IMG/VR virus record: IMGVR_UViG_3300036828_000565
Coordinates: 7,383-71,382 of that record
Reading direction: 5' to 3' (one strand)
Length of the DNA: 64,000 bases
Source of the DNA: a virus
Shown here: one piece after another, positions 63,846-64,000 of the stretch
How positions within the stretch are numbered: the stretch's first letter is position 1
Layout: each line of letters starts with the position of its first letter
Made by a program: the position numbers and the translations under genes
Notes under the pieces: generated by a model
What the model was told of the DNA's origin: nothing
The model's input: the letters and a program-made list of their open reading frames with translations, nothing else
The model's database searches: none

Positions 63846-64000
63846 AAAGATCACACTTTTACAATAAGACGCGTCCCATTATTGGGCTGCACTTTAAAGT
63901 GTTTTGTAAACGCGCGCTCTTTTGCCCGGGGGTGCCTGCGCGAGGGGGGAGAAGTAGGTTGTGCATTTGTGGAGTAAGCTCTCGAGCCAGTCGTACGGTA

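Overview
About 64 kb of a tailed dsDNA bacteriophage genome with a contractile tail, in two opposed arms. The + arm (1-32.4 kb) holds signal-peptide-bearing beta-helix/adhesin proteins, a DUF1073 portal, an ADP-ribosyltransferase and a pyrophosphatase-domain protein in the head cluster, DUF2213 protease/scaffold, DUF2184 capsid, neck, DUF3383 sheath, tube, a frameshifted tail chaperone, a tape measure with SLT domain, baseplate and fibres. The - arm (32.5-63.6 kb) holds many small early genes, SNF2 and UvrD helicases, AEP primase, a probable SSB, a family A DNA polymerase and a nucleotide-modification cluster. That cluster points to replacement and glycosylation of cytosine: a thymidylate-synthase homologue with Asp at the dCMP-specificity position, a kinase fused to a UDG-fold domain, dCMP deaminase, a MazG-like pyrophosphatase and a GT-B-like protein, with ThyX supplying dTMP separately. 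Other oddities: four dispersed ~95-bp palindrome-containing intergenic elements, five TTTACA-N18-TA(T/C)AAT promoters, a Tat-exported bacteriocin-like precursor with a putative immunity gene and a three-way-junction leader RNA, and a probable ACG start codon. No terminase, integrase, tRNA, CRISPR array or clear lysis gene was recognised. An Acidobacteriota host is a guess from protein style. All family assignments are by-eye motif recognition, not database searches.
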